Assembly: GCF_006345805.1 (NCBI RefSeq)
Contig: NW_021826790.1
Coordinates: forward strand, 1-12,036
DNA: 12,036 nucleotides
DNA from: Octopus sinensis
Lineage: Eukaryota
Direction of reading: 5' to 3'
In this document: one piece after another, positions 1-9,060 of the stretch
Numbering within the stretch: position 1 is the first letter of the stretch
Layout of the letters: each line of letters opens with the position of its first letter
Notes under the pieces: generated by a model
Told to the model about the DNA's origin: nothing
The model's database searches: none
What the model saw: only the letters and a program-made list of their open reading frames with translations
Made by a program: the position numbers and the translations under genes

Positions 1-532
1 AGGGGGATCAGCCATCTGAATGTGGCTAGGGACAGGGCGGGGTAGTAGGGGTGTTACTGATGCATTTAGCCCCAGGCGATCATCAACGTCACCAGAAGGG
101 CTGACACCATCTCGGTGTCCTTGCCAGCCTGCAAAGGGAGATCAGCCTCCCCGAAGATACGGATACTACATACGGACCGGTTTCGAGGTATTTGCTTCTT
201 ATCAACGTATGGTAAGCACCGTTCTTCGTTGAGGGACTCCCTCTACAGGCTGGATATATATGGATTTTCACAGTAACCACAGTCACTGATGTAGAAAAAC
301 CGTTCGACAACAATAATAAATCTCTGAGCGAGACATAAACAGTAACTGCTCTATAACACAAGGGGGATCAGCCATCTGAATGTGGCTAGGGACAGGGCGG
401 GGTAGTAGGGGTGTTACTGATGCATTTAGCCCCAGGCGATCATCAACGTCACCAGAAGGGCTGACACCATCTCGGTGTCCTTGCCAGCCTGCAAAGGGAG
501 ATCAGCCTCCCCGAAGATACGGATACTACATA
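1..532 (-). mobile_element. 360-bp head-to-tail repeat (about 1.5 copies visible, may continue left of the window) carrying a type I hammerhead; retrozyme-like or PLE pLTR-like element
   Basis: 1-172 is identical to 361-532 (period exactly 360). HHR motif at 169-211 on the minus strand. No credible ORF. Several stems in the unit: 10-27, 68-102, 103-119, 136-151. Confidence 0.75.
169..211 (-). ncRNA. Minimal type I hammerhead ribozyme, U3-A8 core variant
   Basis: Minus RNA: CAUACG UUGAUAA GAAG-CAAAUA-CCUC GAAA CCGG UC/CGUAUG. Perfect 6-bp stem I, palindromic stem III ACCGGU, GUC cleavage triplet (cut between 175 and 174), stem II with one A.C mismatch. Confidence 0.8.
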
Positions 533-661
533 GATATCTGCTGCGATGATTTCTGCAGCAACACTCGGTTGAATTTGTTTTCAGACCCGGATCTCGTCGC
601 TCGTCAGACGGAGGTTCGCTTATTACGTATCCTCCGATTTCTTTTATATTTCGAACCAATA

Positions 662-2366
662 GGCGCAGGAGTGGCTGTGTGGTATGTAGCTTGCTAACCA
701 ACCACATGGTTCCGGGTTCAGTCCCACTGCGTGGCATCTTGGGCAAGTGTCTTCTGCTAAGCCTTGGGCCGAACCAATGCCTTGTGAGTGGATTTGGTAG
801 ACGGAAACTGAAAGAAGCCTGTCGTATATCTGTATATAGGAGTGGCTGTGTGGTAAGTAGCTTGCTAACCACCACATGGTTCCGGGTCAGTCCCACTGCG
901 TGGCATCTGGGCAAGTGTCTTCTGCTTATAGCCCCGGGCCGACCAATGCCTTGTGAGTGGATTGGTAGTAGACGGAAACTGAAAGAAGCCTGTTCGTATA
1001 TATGTATATAGGAGTGGCTGTGTGGTATGTAGCTTGCTAACCAACCACATGGTTCCGGGTTCAGTCCCACTGCGTGGCATCTTGGGCAGGTGTCTTCTGC
1101 TATAGCCTTGGGCCGACCAATGCCTTGTGAGTGGAGTTGGTTAGACGGAAACTGAAAGAAGCCTGTCGTATATATGTATATAGGGTGGTGGTGGTGGTAT
1201 GTAGCTTGCTAAACAAACCACATGGTTCCGGGTTCAGTCCCACTGCGTGGCATCTTGGGCAAGTGTCTTCTGCTTATAGCCCCGGGCCGACCAATGCCTT
1301 GTGAGTGGATTTGGTAGACGGAAACTGAAAGAAGCCTGTCGTATATATGTATATAGGAGTGGCTGTGTGTGGTATGTAGCTTGCTAACCAACCAACATGG
1401 TTCCGGGTCAGTCCCACTGCGTGGCATCTGGGGCAGTGTCTTCTGCCTATAGCCTTGGCCGACCAATGCCTTGTGAGTGGAGTTGGTAGACGGAAACTGA
1501 AAGAAGCCTGTCGTATATGTATATAGGAGTGGCGTGTGGTATGTAGCTTGCTTAACCAACCACATGGTTCCGGGTTCAGTCCCACTGCGTGGCATCTGGG
1601 CAAGTGTCTTCTGCTTATAGCCCCGGGCCGACCAATGCCTTGTGAGTGGATTTGGTAGACGGAAACTGAAAGAAGCTGTCTATATATGTATATAGGAGTG
1701 GCTGTGGTATGTAGCTTGCTAACCAAACACATGGTTCCGGGTTCAGTTCCACTGCGTGCATCTTGGCAGGTGTTTTGCTATAGCCTTGGGCCGACCAATG
1801 CCTTGTGATGGATTTGGTAGACGGAAAACTGAAGAAGCCTGTCGTATATATGTATATAGGAGTGGCTGTGTGGTATGTAGCTTGCCTAACCAACCACATG
1901 GTCCGGGTTCAGTCCACTGCGTGGCATCTTGGGCAGGTGTCTTCTGCTATAGCCTTGGGCCGACCAATGCCTTGTGAGGGATGGTGGTAGACGGAAACTG
2001 AAAGAAGCCTGTCGTATATATGTATATAGGAGTGGCTGTGGTATGTAGCTTGCTAACCAACCACATGGTTCCGGTTCAGTTCCACTGCGTGGCATTTTGG
2101 CAGGTGTCTTCTGCTATAGCCTTGGGCCGACCAATGCCTTGTGAGTGGATTTGGTAGACGGAAACTGAAAGGAAGCCTGTGTATATATATGTATATAGGA
2201 GTGTGGCTGTGTGGTATGTAGCTTGCTAACCAACAAATGGTTCCGGGTCAGTCCCACTGCGTGGCATCTTGGGCAGGTGTCTTCTGCTATAGCCTTGGGC
2301 CGACCAATGCTGTGAGTGGATTTGGTAGACGGAAACTGAAAGAAGCCTGTCGTATATATGTATATA
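662..2366 (+). repeat. Tandem array of 10 x ~170-bp 5' modules of a tRNA-derived SINE (family A)
   Basis: Units start at 668, 839, 1011, 1183, 1356, 1526, 1695, 1859, 2029, 2198. Consensus unit has A-box-like TGGCTGTGTGG, B-box-like GGTTCAGTCC and a GTCGTATATATGTATATA end. Homologous to the dispersed copy at 3702-3829. Only unit 1 keeps the 5' GGCGCA. Confidence 0.92.
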
Positions 2367-2578
2367 ACATGTGATCTCTTAAGCACCACCGCTCAAATAT
2401 GTCTCCTCTGTCTTCCCTCCTTGGGATCTTTCCTTTCTCGTGTTTCCGACGAAGAGCTCCGCTCGAAACGTTAAACCCTCCTTCCCTTTTCCTGAGCGTC
2501 AAATACTTTTATGTTCCACGTCCTTGCGTTGCTGTGTTTTTTCTCTTTTTTTTTGTGTTTTCTTGTTTGGATTAACTT
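2367..2578 (+). mobile_element. 212-bp non-autonomous PLE-like fragment inserted in the internal TA tract of SINE A
   Basis: Separates the SINE 5' module (ends TATATA at 2366) from the SINE 3' module (resumes TATATA at 2579). Contains an HHR-like motif at 2442-2476. Confidence 0.6.
2442..2476 (+). ncRNA. Minimal hammerhead-like motif (U4C core, possibly inactive)
   Basis: GUUU CCGACGA A GAGC-UCC-GCUC GAAA CG UU/AAAC. 4-bp stems I and II, palindromic AACGUU, one core deviation and an extra A after A9. Confidence 0.55.
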
Positions 2579-2816
2579 TATATATGTGTGTATATGTATG
2601 TATTTGTGTGTCTGTGTTTGTACCCCTAGCATTGCTTGACAACCGATGCTGGTGTGTTTATGTCGCCGTCACTTAGCGGTTCGGCAAAAGAGACCGATAG
2701 AATAAGTACTGGGCTTACAAAGAATAAGTCCCGGGGTCGATTTGCTCGACTAAAGGCGGTGCTCCAGCATGGCCGCAGTCAAATGACTGAAAAATGTAAA
2801 AGAGTAAAAAGAGAGT
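2579..2816 (+). mobile_element. SINE family A 3' module (TG-rich linker plus 3' body)
   Basis: GCTTGACAACCGATGCTGGTGTGTTTA...GCTCCAGCATGGCCGCAGTCAAATGACTGAAA, homologous to 9375-9560 (+) and 3501-3655 (-). Confidence 0.85.
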
Positions 2817-3097
2817 GACAGTGGAATCTTCCAGCGTCTTGCTTCCACCTCAACTCGAACTACTTCCTTCCTTAGTCCGATCGGAATTCAAATGAGCACC
2901 TACAAGCAAGAGTTTTCTCAACGTCGCGAGGTAAGTATCTTTCGTTCCGCACATCTCCATATTTAAGTAATAACACCTTCCGGCAGACACCGACGTAAAT
3001 ATGACTTTTCGCAGCAGCTGGATGTCGTCTTTAAAGAATGGATTTCTCTCTTTAGAAGTAATGTGTAACCAACCTACCCGCTCTGCTGACGTCAGTA

Positions 3098-3147
3098 AAT
3101 TCTCAGACACCGGTGTTTCGGTATGATAATGTCTCTTCAGTGAAATT
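3098..3147 (-). ncRNA. Type I hammerhead ribozyme motif with canonical core and eroded stem II
   Basis: Minus RNA: AAUUUCA CUGAAGA GACAU-UAUC-AUACC GAAA CACCGGUG UC/UGAGAAUU. Canonical core, 10-nt palindrome ACACCGGUGU as stem III, GUC triplet, two mismatches in stem II. Confidence 0.7.
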
Positions 3148-3431
3148 GCTCGCACGTCAGCAAGCAAAATATTTGGTGATGCCTGTTAAAACTTTCCTGT
3201 CTCATATTTTATATCTATCGGACGTTTGCTACAGAAGAGCCCCGTGCAGGGCGAAATCACGTTATCAGGTGGCTCAGGCGCCTGTAGAAGACGATTCTCG
3301 TCTGCCAATGGTACAAACATGAGTGCTTTATGCAGGATCTTCTACGGTGGTCGATGTTCTAACACAACGTCCACATTAAGTTAGATATAGGGATTGCTTT
3401 TTATATTCATATTATTTCTCTTGCTATTATT

Positions 3432-3434
<3 letters not shown>

Positions 3435-3466
<32 letters not shown>
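3435..3466. repeat. (CA)n microsatellite
   Basis: Pure CA dinucleotide run. Confidence 0.95.
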
Positions 3467-3467
<1 letters not shown>

Positions 3468-3500
3468 TCCTATGGCTGTGTCTCTATGCGTGTGTTCATG

Positions 3501-3829
3501 TTCATTTACTTGTTTCAGTCATTTGACTGCGGCCATGCTGGAGCACCGTCTTTAGTGAAACAAATCGACCCCAGGACTTATTCTTCGTAAGCCTAGTACT
3601 TATTCTGTCGTTCTCTCTTTTCCTGAACCGCTAAGTTACGGAGATGTAAACACATTCAAGGGAGGGGAGAAACACACACACACACACACACAGATATATA
3701 TATCTACCAAATCCACTCGCAAGGCTTTGATAGTAGAAGACATTTGCCCAAAGGTGCCACGCAGTGGGACTGAACCCGGAACCATGTGGTTGGTAAGCAA
3801 GCTACTTACCACACAGCCACTCCTGCACC
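3501..3829 (-). mobile_element. Near full-length dispersed SINE family A copy
   Basis: Reverse complement gives GGTGCAGGAGTGGCTGTGTGG (A box)...GGGTTCAGTCC (B box), an internal TA/TG microsatellite and the 3' module. Confidence 0.9.
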
Positions 3830-3863
3830 TATATATGTACATCTGATGTATGTAGATATATAT

Positions 3864-3896
<33 letters not shown>

Positions 3897-3944
3897 CTTT
3901 TTAAAGCAGCAGAAAATTCAACAAAACCCGTTACTCGAGTTATA

Positions 3945-3975
<31 letters not shown>

Positions 3976-4022
3976 ACTTTATTTAAAGCAGCAGAAAATT
4001 CAACAAAACCCGTTACTCTGAG

Positions 4023-4082
<60 letters not shown>

Positions 4083-4131
4083 TTTATTTAAAGCAGCAGA
4101 AAATTCAACAAAACCCGTTACTCTGAGTTTC
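3897..4131. repeat. Three tandem copies of a ~47-bp segment separated by (AT)n
   Basis: CTTT(AT)TTAAAGCAGCAGAAAATTCAACAAAACCCGTTACTC(T)GAGTT at 3897-3941, 3977-4024 and from 4082. Confidence 0.9.
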
Positions 4132-4283
4132 CCGTTGCCGTTCATCGGACAGTTTTTGCAATGAGAAACTCAGAGTAACAGGTTTGTTGAATTTTTGCTG
4201 CTTTAAATAAAGCATATTACTCTACCACTGGTATTTGAGTACTCTTTTTTCCACCTTGCTTCACATTTATGTGTTTACTCCGG
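4082..4283. mobile_element. Fold-back element (arms 4082-4131 and 4165-4212) with hammerhead-like motif; PLE inverted-pLTR-like
   Basis: 50/48-nt imperfect inverted arms with a 33-nt spacer. HHR-like motif across the spacer and left arm. Flanked by (AT)n on both sides. Confidence 0.6.
4110..4156 (-). ncRNA. Type I hammerhead-like motif (U4C core, GNRA-capped short stem II)
   Basis: Minus RNA: AAAACUGU CCGAUGA ACG-GCAA-CGG GAAA CUC-A-GAG UA/ACGGGUUUU. GUA triplet, interrupted-palindrome stem III. Confidence 0.6.
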
Positions 4284-4361
<78 letters not shown>

Positions 4362-4510
4362 TACATATATATATTTACAACACATATATATATGCATGCA
4401 TATAACTCCATCCATCCTTCCATACATACATACATGCATATACACACAAACACACACATGAATACATACATAAATAAATACATACATACATACATACATA
4501 CATACATACA

Positions 4511-4543
<33 letters not shown>

Positions 4544-4550
4544 GTATATA
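4284..4550. repeat. (AT)n plus (ATAC)n microsatellite block
   Basis: Direct inspection. Confidence 0.93.
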
Positions 4551-4994
4551 TAAAGGCGTCTACGTGTCTGCGGGTGATGTATATGAGTGTGTGAGCAAAC
4601 TGCATAACGTTCCCTCCCTTAAAATTACCTTTTTAAAAAAAAAATCCGCATATTTCATACTCAGAAAGGACACAGACAGATACGAAAACACAAACAGAAA
4701 AATAAAGCACAGCAACAACCAGAAAATAAATAAATAGTGGGTTTAGGTTATAGTCTTGCTTTTTTGATCAAGTGAAAAACGAAACATTTCATTCATATCG
4801 TAACCTCAATTACTTGCCAAACACACCGTATTTAACAAACGTCCATTTGAATACACACATTCAACTTAACACGTCGCCGCCATGTTAACAGAAGCAGACG
4901 ATAAATGAGCGCAAACAATTTTCATTTTATGTACTCTGCCGGTGGTTTTGGCGGAGAAGGTGTGGTCGTAGATGTCGTATTTGTTGTTACTTAT

Positions 4995-5405
4995 TGGTGT
5001 CAGTGGTGATGGTGGTGGCGGTGTCGGTGGTGTCGGTGGTGGTGGTGGTGATGGTGGTAGTGGTAGTGGCGGTGGTTGTTGCGGTGGTTGTTGCGGTGGT
5101 GTTGGTCGTTCAGGTGGTGGAGTTTGGTTGTAAATTGCGGTCGTAGCGGTACGGTTGTTGTTTTTTTTATTTATTATTATTGTTGTTGTTGCTGGTGGTG
5201 GTGCGATGGTAGTGGTGGCGGTGGTTGGTTGTCACTGTTTTTGATGCTGGTGGTGACGGCGGCGGCGGTGTGTGTGTGTGTGTGGTGGTGATGGGGGGGG
5301 TTGCGATGATAGTGGTTGTAGTTGTGGTGGCTGCGTCGGTGGTGATGGTAGTGGTGGAGTTGATAGTTGTGGCGGTAGTAGTAGTACTGTTGTTTTTGTC
5401 TGTTA

Positions 5406-5436
<31 letters not shown>

Positions 5437-5686
5437 TGGTGGCGCTGGTAGTGGTGATGGTTGTGGCGGCCGGGGTGTGGGTTGTGGTGATAGTGGTCGT
5501 AGTAGTGGTGGTAGTAATGGTGTTTGTGGTTGTGGTGGTATTTATGGTAGTGGTGGCGGTCGTCGTCGTGCTCGTAGTCGCCGTCGTGATGGTGATGGTA
5601 GTAGTAGTAGTAGTAGTAGTGGTCATGGTTCTCAATGGTGGTGTTGACAGTGGTGGCGGCGGCGGTGGCGGTGGCGGCGGTGGCAC
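4995..5686. repeat. Mosaic (GGT)n/(GTA)n/(GTT)n/(GGC)n low-complexity tract
   Basis: Trinucleotide mosaic; source of the poly-T/V/P/G pseudo-ORFs. Confidence 0.92.
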
Positions 5687-5805
5687 GCTATTCTCTATTC
5701 AACAGAAAAAGAATATATACACATATATCTGAAACATCAGATGTTTATTCAGTACTTACGTTCAACGTCTCGTTAAAGTGGCTATATAATGCCAGTGATC
5801 AACTT

Positions 5806-5859
5806 ATTGCTGTTGTTGTTATTGTTGTTGTTGCTGTTGTTGTTGTTGTTGTTGTTGTT
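5806..5859. repeat. (GTT)n microsatellite
   Basis: Direct inspection. Confidence 0.92.
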
Positions 5860-5861
5860 AA

Positions 5862-6063
5862 GGCGGCGAGTTTACGGAATCGTTAGAGCATCGAACAAAC
5901 AGTCTATAACGTTCTGGTTTCAAATCTTGCTGTGGTCGACATTTTTTTTCCTATCATTCTATCCAGGTTGATAAAATAAAGTACCAGTCAAGTACTGAGG
6001 GTCCTGATACTGACTTTGTCCTTTTACCCCCCAAATTGCTGGCCTTGCATCAAAATTTGAAAC
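5862..6063 (+). mobile_element. Degenerate tRNA-derived SINE (family B)
   Basis: GGCGGCGAG...GAATCGTTAG head, TTCAAAT B-box remnant, GATAAAATAAAGTACCAG body, AAATTGCTGGCC tail; homologous to 8155-8362. Confidence 0.8.
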
Positions 6064-6072
6064 TTATTTCTT

Positions 6073-6455
6073 ATTTCTTTATTGCCCACAAAGGGGCTAA
6101 ACAGAGAGAGGACAAACAAGGACAGACAAACGGATTAAGTCGATTATATCGACCCCAGTGCGTAACTGGTACTTATTTAATCGACCCCGAAAGGATGAAA
6201 GGCAAAGTCGACCTCGGCGGAATTTGAACTCAGACGTAACGTACGTAACGGCAGACGAAATACCTATTTCTTTACTACCCACAAGGGGCTAAACACAGAG
6301 AGATAAACAAGGAACAGACAAACGGATTAAGTCGATTATATCGACCCCAGTGCGTAACTGTACTTAATTTATCGACCCCGAAAGGATGAAAGGCAAAGTC
6401 GACCTCGGCGGAATTTGAACTCAGAACGTAGCGGCAGACGAAATACGGCTAAGCA
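6073..6455 (-). mobile_element. Head-to-tail dimer of 5'-truncated SINE B-type copies (period ~193 bp)
   Basis: ATTTCTTTA...GGATTAAGTCGATTATATCGACCCC...GAAAGGATGAAAGGCAAAGTCGACC...GACGAAATAC occurs from 6073 and from 6266. B-box-like GAGTTCAAATTCC on the minus strand in both. Confidence 0.88.
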
Positions 6456-6478
6456 CTACCTAGTACTGCATCCGGGCA

Positions 6479-6528
6479 TTTATTATTATTATTATTATTT
6501 TTATTTTTATTATTATTATTATTATTAC

Positions 6529-6564
<36 letters not shown>

Positions 6565-6586
6565 CATCATCATCATTATTATTATC
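6479..6586. repeat. (TAT)n/(CAT)n microsatellite
   Basis: Direct inspection. Confidence 0.95.
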
Positions 6587-7145
6587 GATCATCGTAATAA
6601 CGTTTAAATTTCACTTGAGTTCGACTTCGCATGTCTATATGTACACATACAGACATTACCTTATAAATTTTGTACGTTGTAAAAGCGTATGTACTGTTTA
6701 CGTAACGAAAGTAAGATACCGCCATATTACTAAGGTTCGCCATATTGTTTAATTACCATTTTTATGTTATGAGTTCGTCATACGAAATATATAACCATAA
6801 CGTTTAGAATATCCACTCAATTCGCTCTCCACGATATCTGGAGTATTCTAAAGAATTTCATAAATGGATTATTCTTGCTGTCCATCGTATATTAACCAGT
6901 ATATTTCCCGCTCAAGATTCGACAATGATGGCAGCAAATCGATCGAGAAAAGCTTATGTAACTTTTATATTACGTCACACAGACAGACATATTTACATGT
7001 GTGTATATGTCTGTGAGCGCCTGCACGTGTGTGTACGTGTATAATAATCATGATTTGTGTATTTGTGTATTAGATATTCGGTTGTATTTATTGTTTAGTG
7101 AGTAAATTGTTGTATTAGCATATCGATACATATCCACCCGTCTAT

Positions 7146-7777
7146 TCATCCATCCATCCATCAAATCTATCTATCCATCCATCCATCCAAACATACATAC
7201 ATACATACATACATGCATACATACATACATGCATACAAACATACATACATACATACATACATACATGCATGCATACAAACATACATACATACATACATAC
7301 ATACATGCATGCATACATACATACATACATACATACATGCATACATGCATACATACATACATACATGCATGCATACATACATGCATACATGCATGCATAC
7401 ATACATACATGCACGCATACATACATACATACATACATACATGCATACATACATACATACATACATACATACATACATACATACATGCATACATACATAC
7501 ATACATGAATGCATACATACATACATACATAACATACATACATACATACATGCATGCATACATGCATCACATAAACATACATACATACATACAACATACA
7601 TACATACATATGCATACATACATACAGCACGCATGCATACATACATACATGCACGCATACATACATACATACATGCATACATACATACATACATACATAC
7701 ATACATACATACATACATACATACATGCATGCATACATACATACATACATACATGCATACATACACATACATACATA
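7146..7777. repeat. (ATCC)n then (ATAC)n/(ATGC)n tetranucleotide satellite
   Basis: Direct inspection; source of the MYVC and HTYI pseudo-ORFs. Confidence 0.95.
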
Positions 7778-8154
7778 AATGTATAAATGCATAAGTATAT
7801 AGATAAATGTGGAGGCGCGTGGCGTAGTGTGTATCTGTATACATATGTGTGTGTGTGTGTATATATATATACGTATCTATGTATTTATGTACGTACGTGT
7901 GCATGTATGCAAGTGTGTATGCTCTTGTATGTATGCACTTGTTAGTATGTACGTATGTCGCTATGTAAACACCAGATCTCGTTGCGATAGGATACATTCT
8001 CGGCATATATATTCCTGTAACACAAACGTGTATTCTACACGCAGGAATCTGCTGCAAGATTCACTGCACTCCAGAACCCGTCCTACTTCTATTTATATGC
8101 AATTGTTTAGAGACTAATAAAACCATATTTACAGGCAATATTAGCGTGTCGTAT

Positions 8155-8362
8155 GGCGGCGAACTGTCTGAATCGTTAGCATTCAAGGTAAAATACTCGG
8201 CGGCATTTCGTCCGCCATTAGAAGCTGAATTAAAATTCCACCCACATCGACTTTGCTTTTCATCCTCTCGGGATCGATAAGTTACATACCGGTTCAGCCC
8301 TGGGGGTCGATGTAACCTATCTGCATCTTACTCCGAAATTGCTGGCCCTGTGCTAATATTTG
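8155..8362 (+). mobile_element. Old, diverged SINE family B copy
   Basis: GGCGGCGAAC...GAATCGTTAGC, CGACTTTGCTTTTCATCCTCTCGGGATCGATAA, GGGGTCGATGTAA, AAATTGCTGGCC. Confidence 0.8.
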
Positions 8363-8465
8363 TTAAAAACATCGTTAAAAAATGGTTTAAAAGAACCTAC
8401 GTTTCTGCATACTTTCGTTTTAAATACACTTACTGAGAGAATACTATTAACACTCTTATACGGAT

Positions 8466-8720
8466 ATATATACAAGCATACATACATATATACATACATA
8501 CATACATAAATACATACATACATACATACATACATACATACATACATACATACATACGTCATACATACTACATACATACATACATACATACATACATACA
8601 TACAACATACATACATATATACATACATACATACATACATACATACATACGTCATACATACATACATACATACATACATTCATACATACATACATACACA
8701 CATACATACATACATACATA
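8466..8720. repeat. (ATAC)n microsatellite
   Basis: Direct inspection. Confidence 0.95.
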
Positions 8721-8721
8721 C

Positions 8722-8893
8722 GTACTTATTCTATCGGTTCCTTTTGAGGAACTGCTAAGATACGGGGACGTAAACACACCAGCATCAGTTGTCAAGCAAT
8801 GTTGGGGCTATAGTAGAAGACAGTTGCCCAAGCTGCCACGCAGTGGGACTGAACCCGGAAACATATGGTTGGTAAGCAACCTACTCTTGCGCC
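8722..8893 (-). mobile_element. Internally deleted, 3'-truncated SINE A copy (left arm of inverted duplication)
   Basis: Reverse complement of 9282-9453 with 5 substitutions in 172 bp. Confidence 0.88.
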
Positions 8894-8895
8894 TG

Positions 8896-9017
8896 TATAC
8901 ATACATACATACATACATACATACATACATACATACATACATACATACATACTTACATACGTACATACATACATACATACATACATACATGCATACATAC
9001 ATACATACATACATACA

Positions 9018-9051
<34 letters not shown>

Positions 9052-9060
9052 CATACATGC
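8896..9060. repeat. (ATAC)n microsatellite
   Basis: Direct inspection. Confidence 0.95.

Noticed and set aside
662-2366. CRISPR array or tRNA gene cluster interpretation
   Set aside because: No unique spacers or cas genes, eukaryotic context. The tRNA-like head has A/B boxes but no cloverleaf and continues into SINE body.
426-2389. Repeating ORFs (MPRSGTEPGTMWLV...) across the array
   Set aside because: Frames shift between units through indels; they are SINE translations with no recognisable domain.
2850-3167. 105-aa minus-strand ORF with a KDDI motif as a possible reverse transcriptase remnant
   Set aside because: No other RT motifs recognisable, and it overlaps the hammerhead motif.
3232-3266. 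CAGAAGA GCCC-CGTGCA-GGGC GAAA hammerhead-like string (+)
   Set aside because: Good stem II, but U4 is A and no consistent stem I flanks a cleavage triplet.
7808-7830. TGGAGGCGCGTGGCGTAGTG resembling another SINE 5' end
   Set aside because: Only about 20 nt, with no B box or body.
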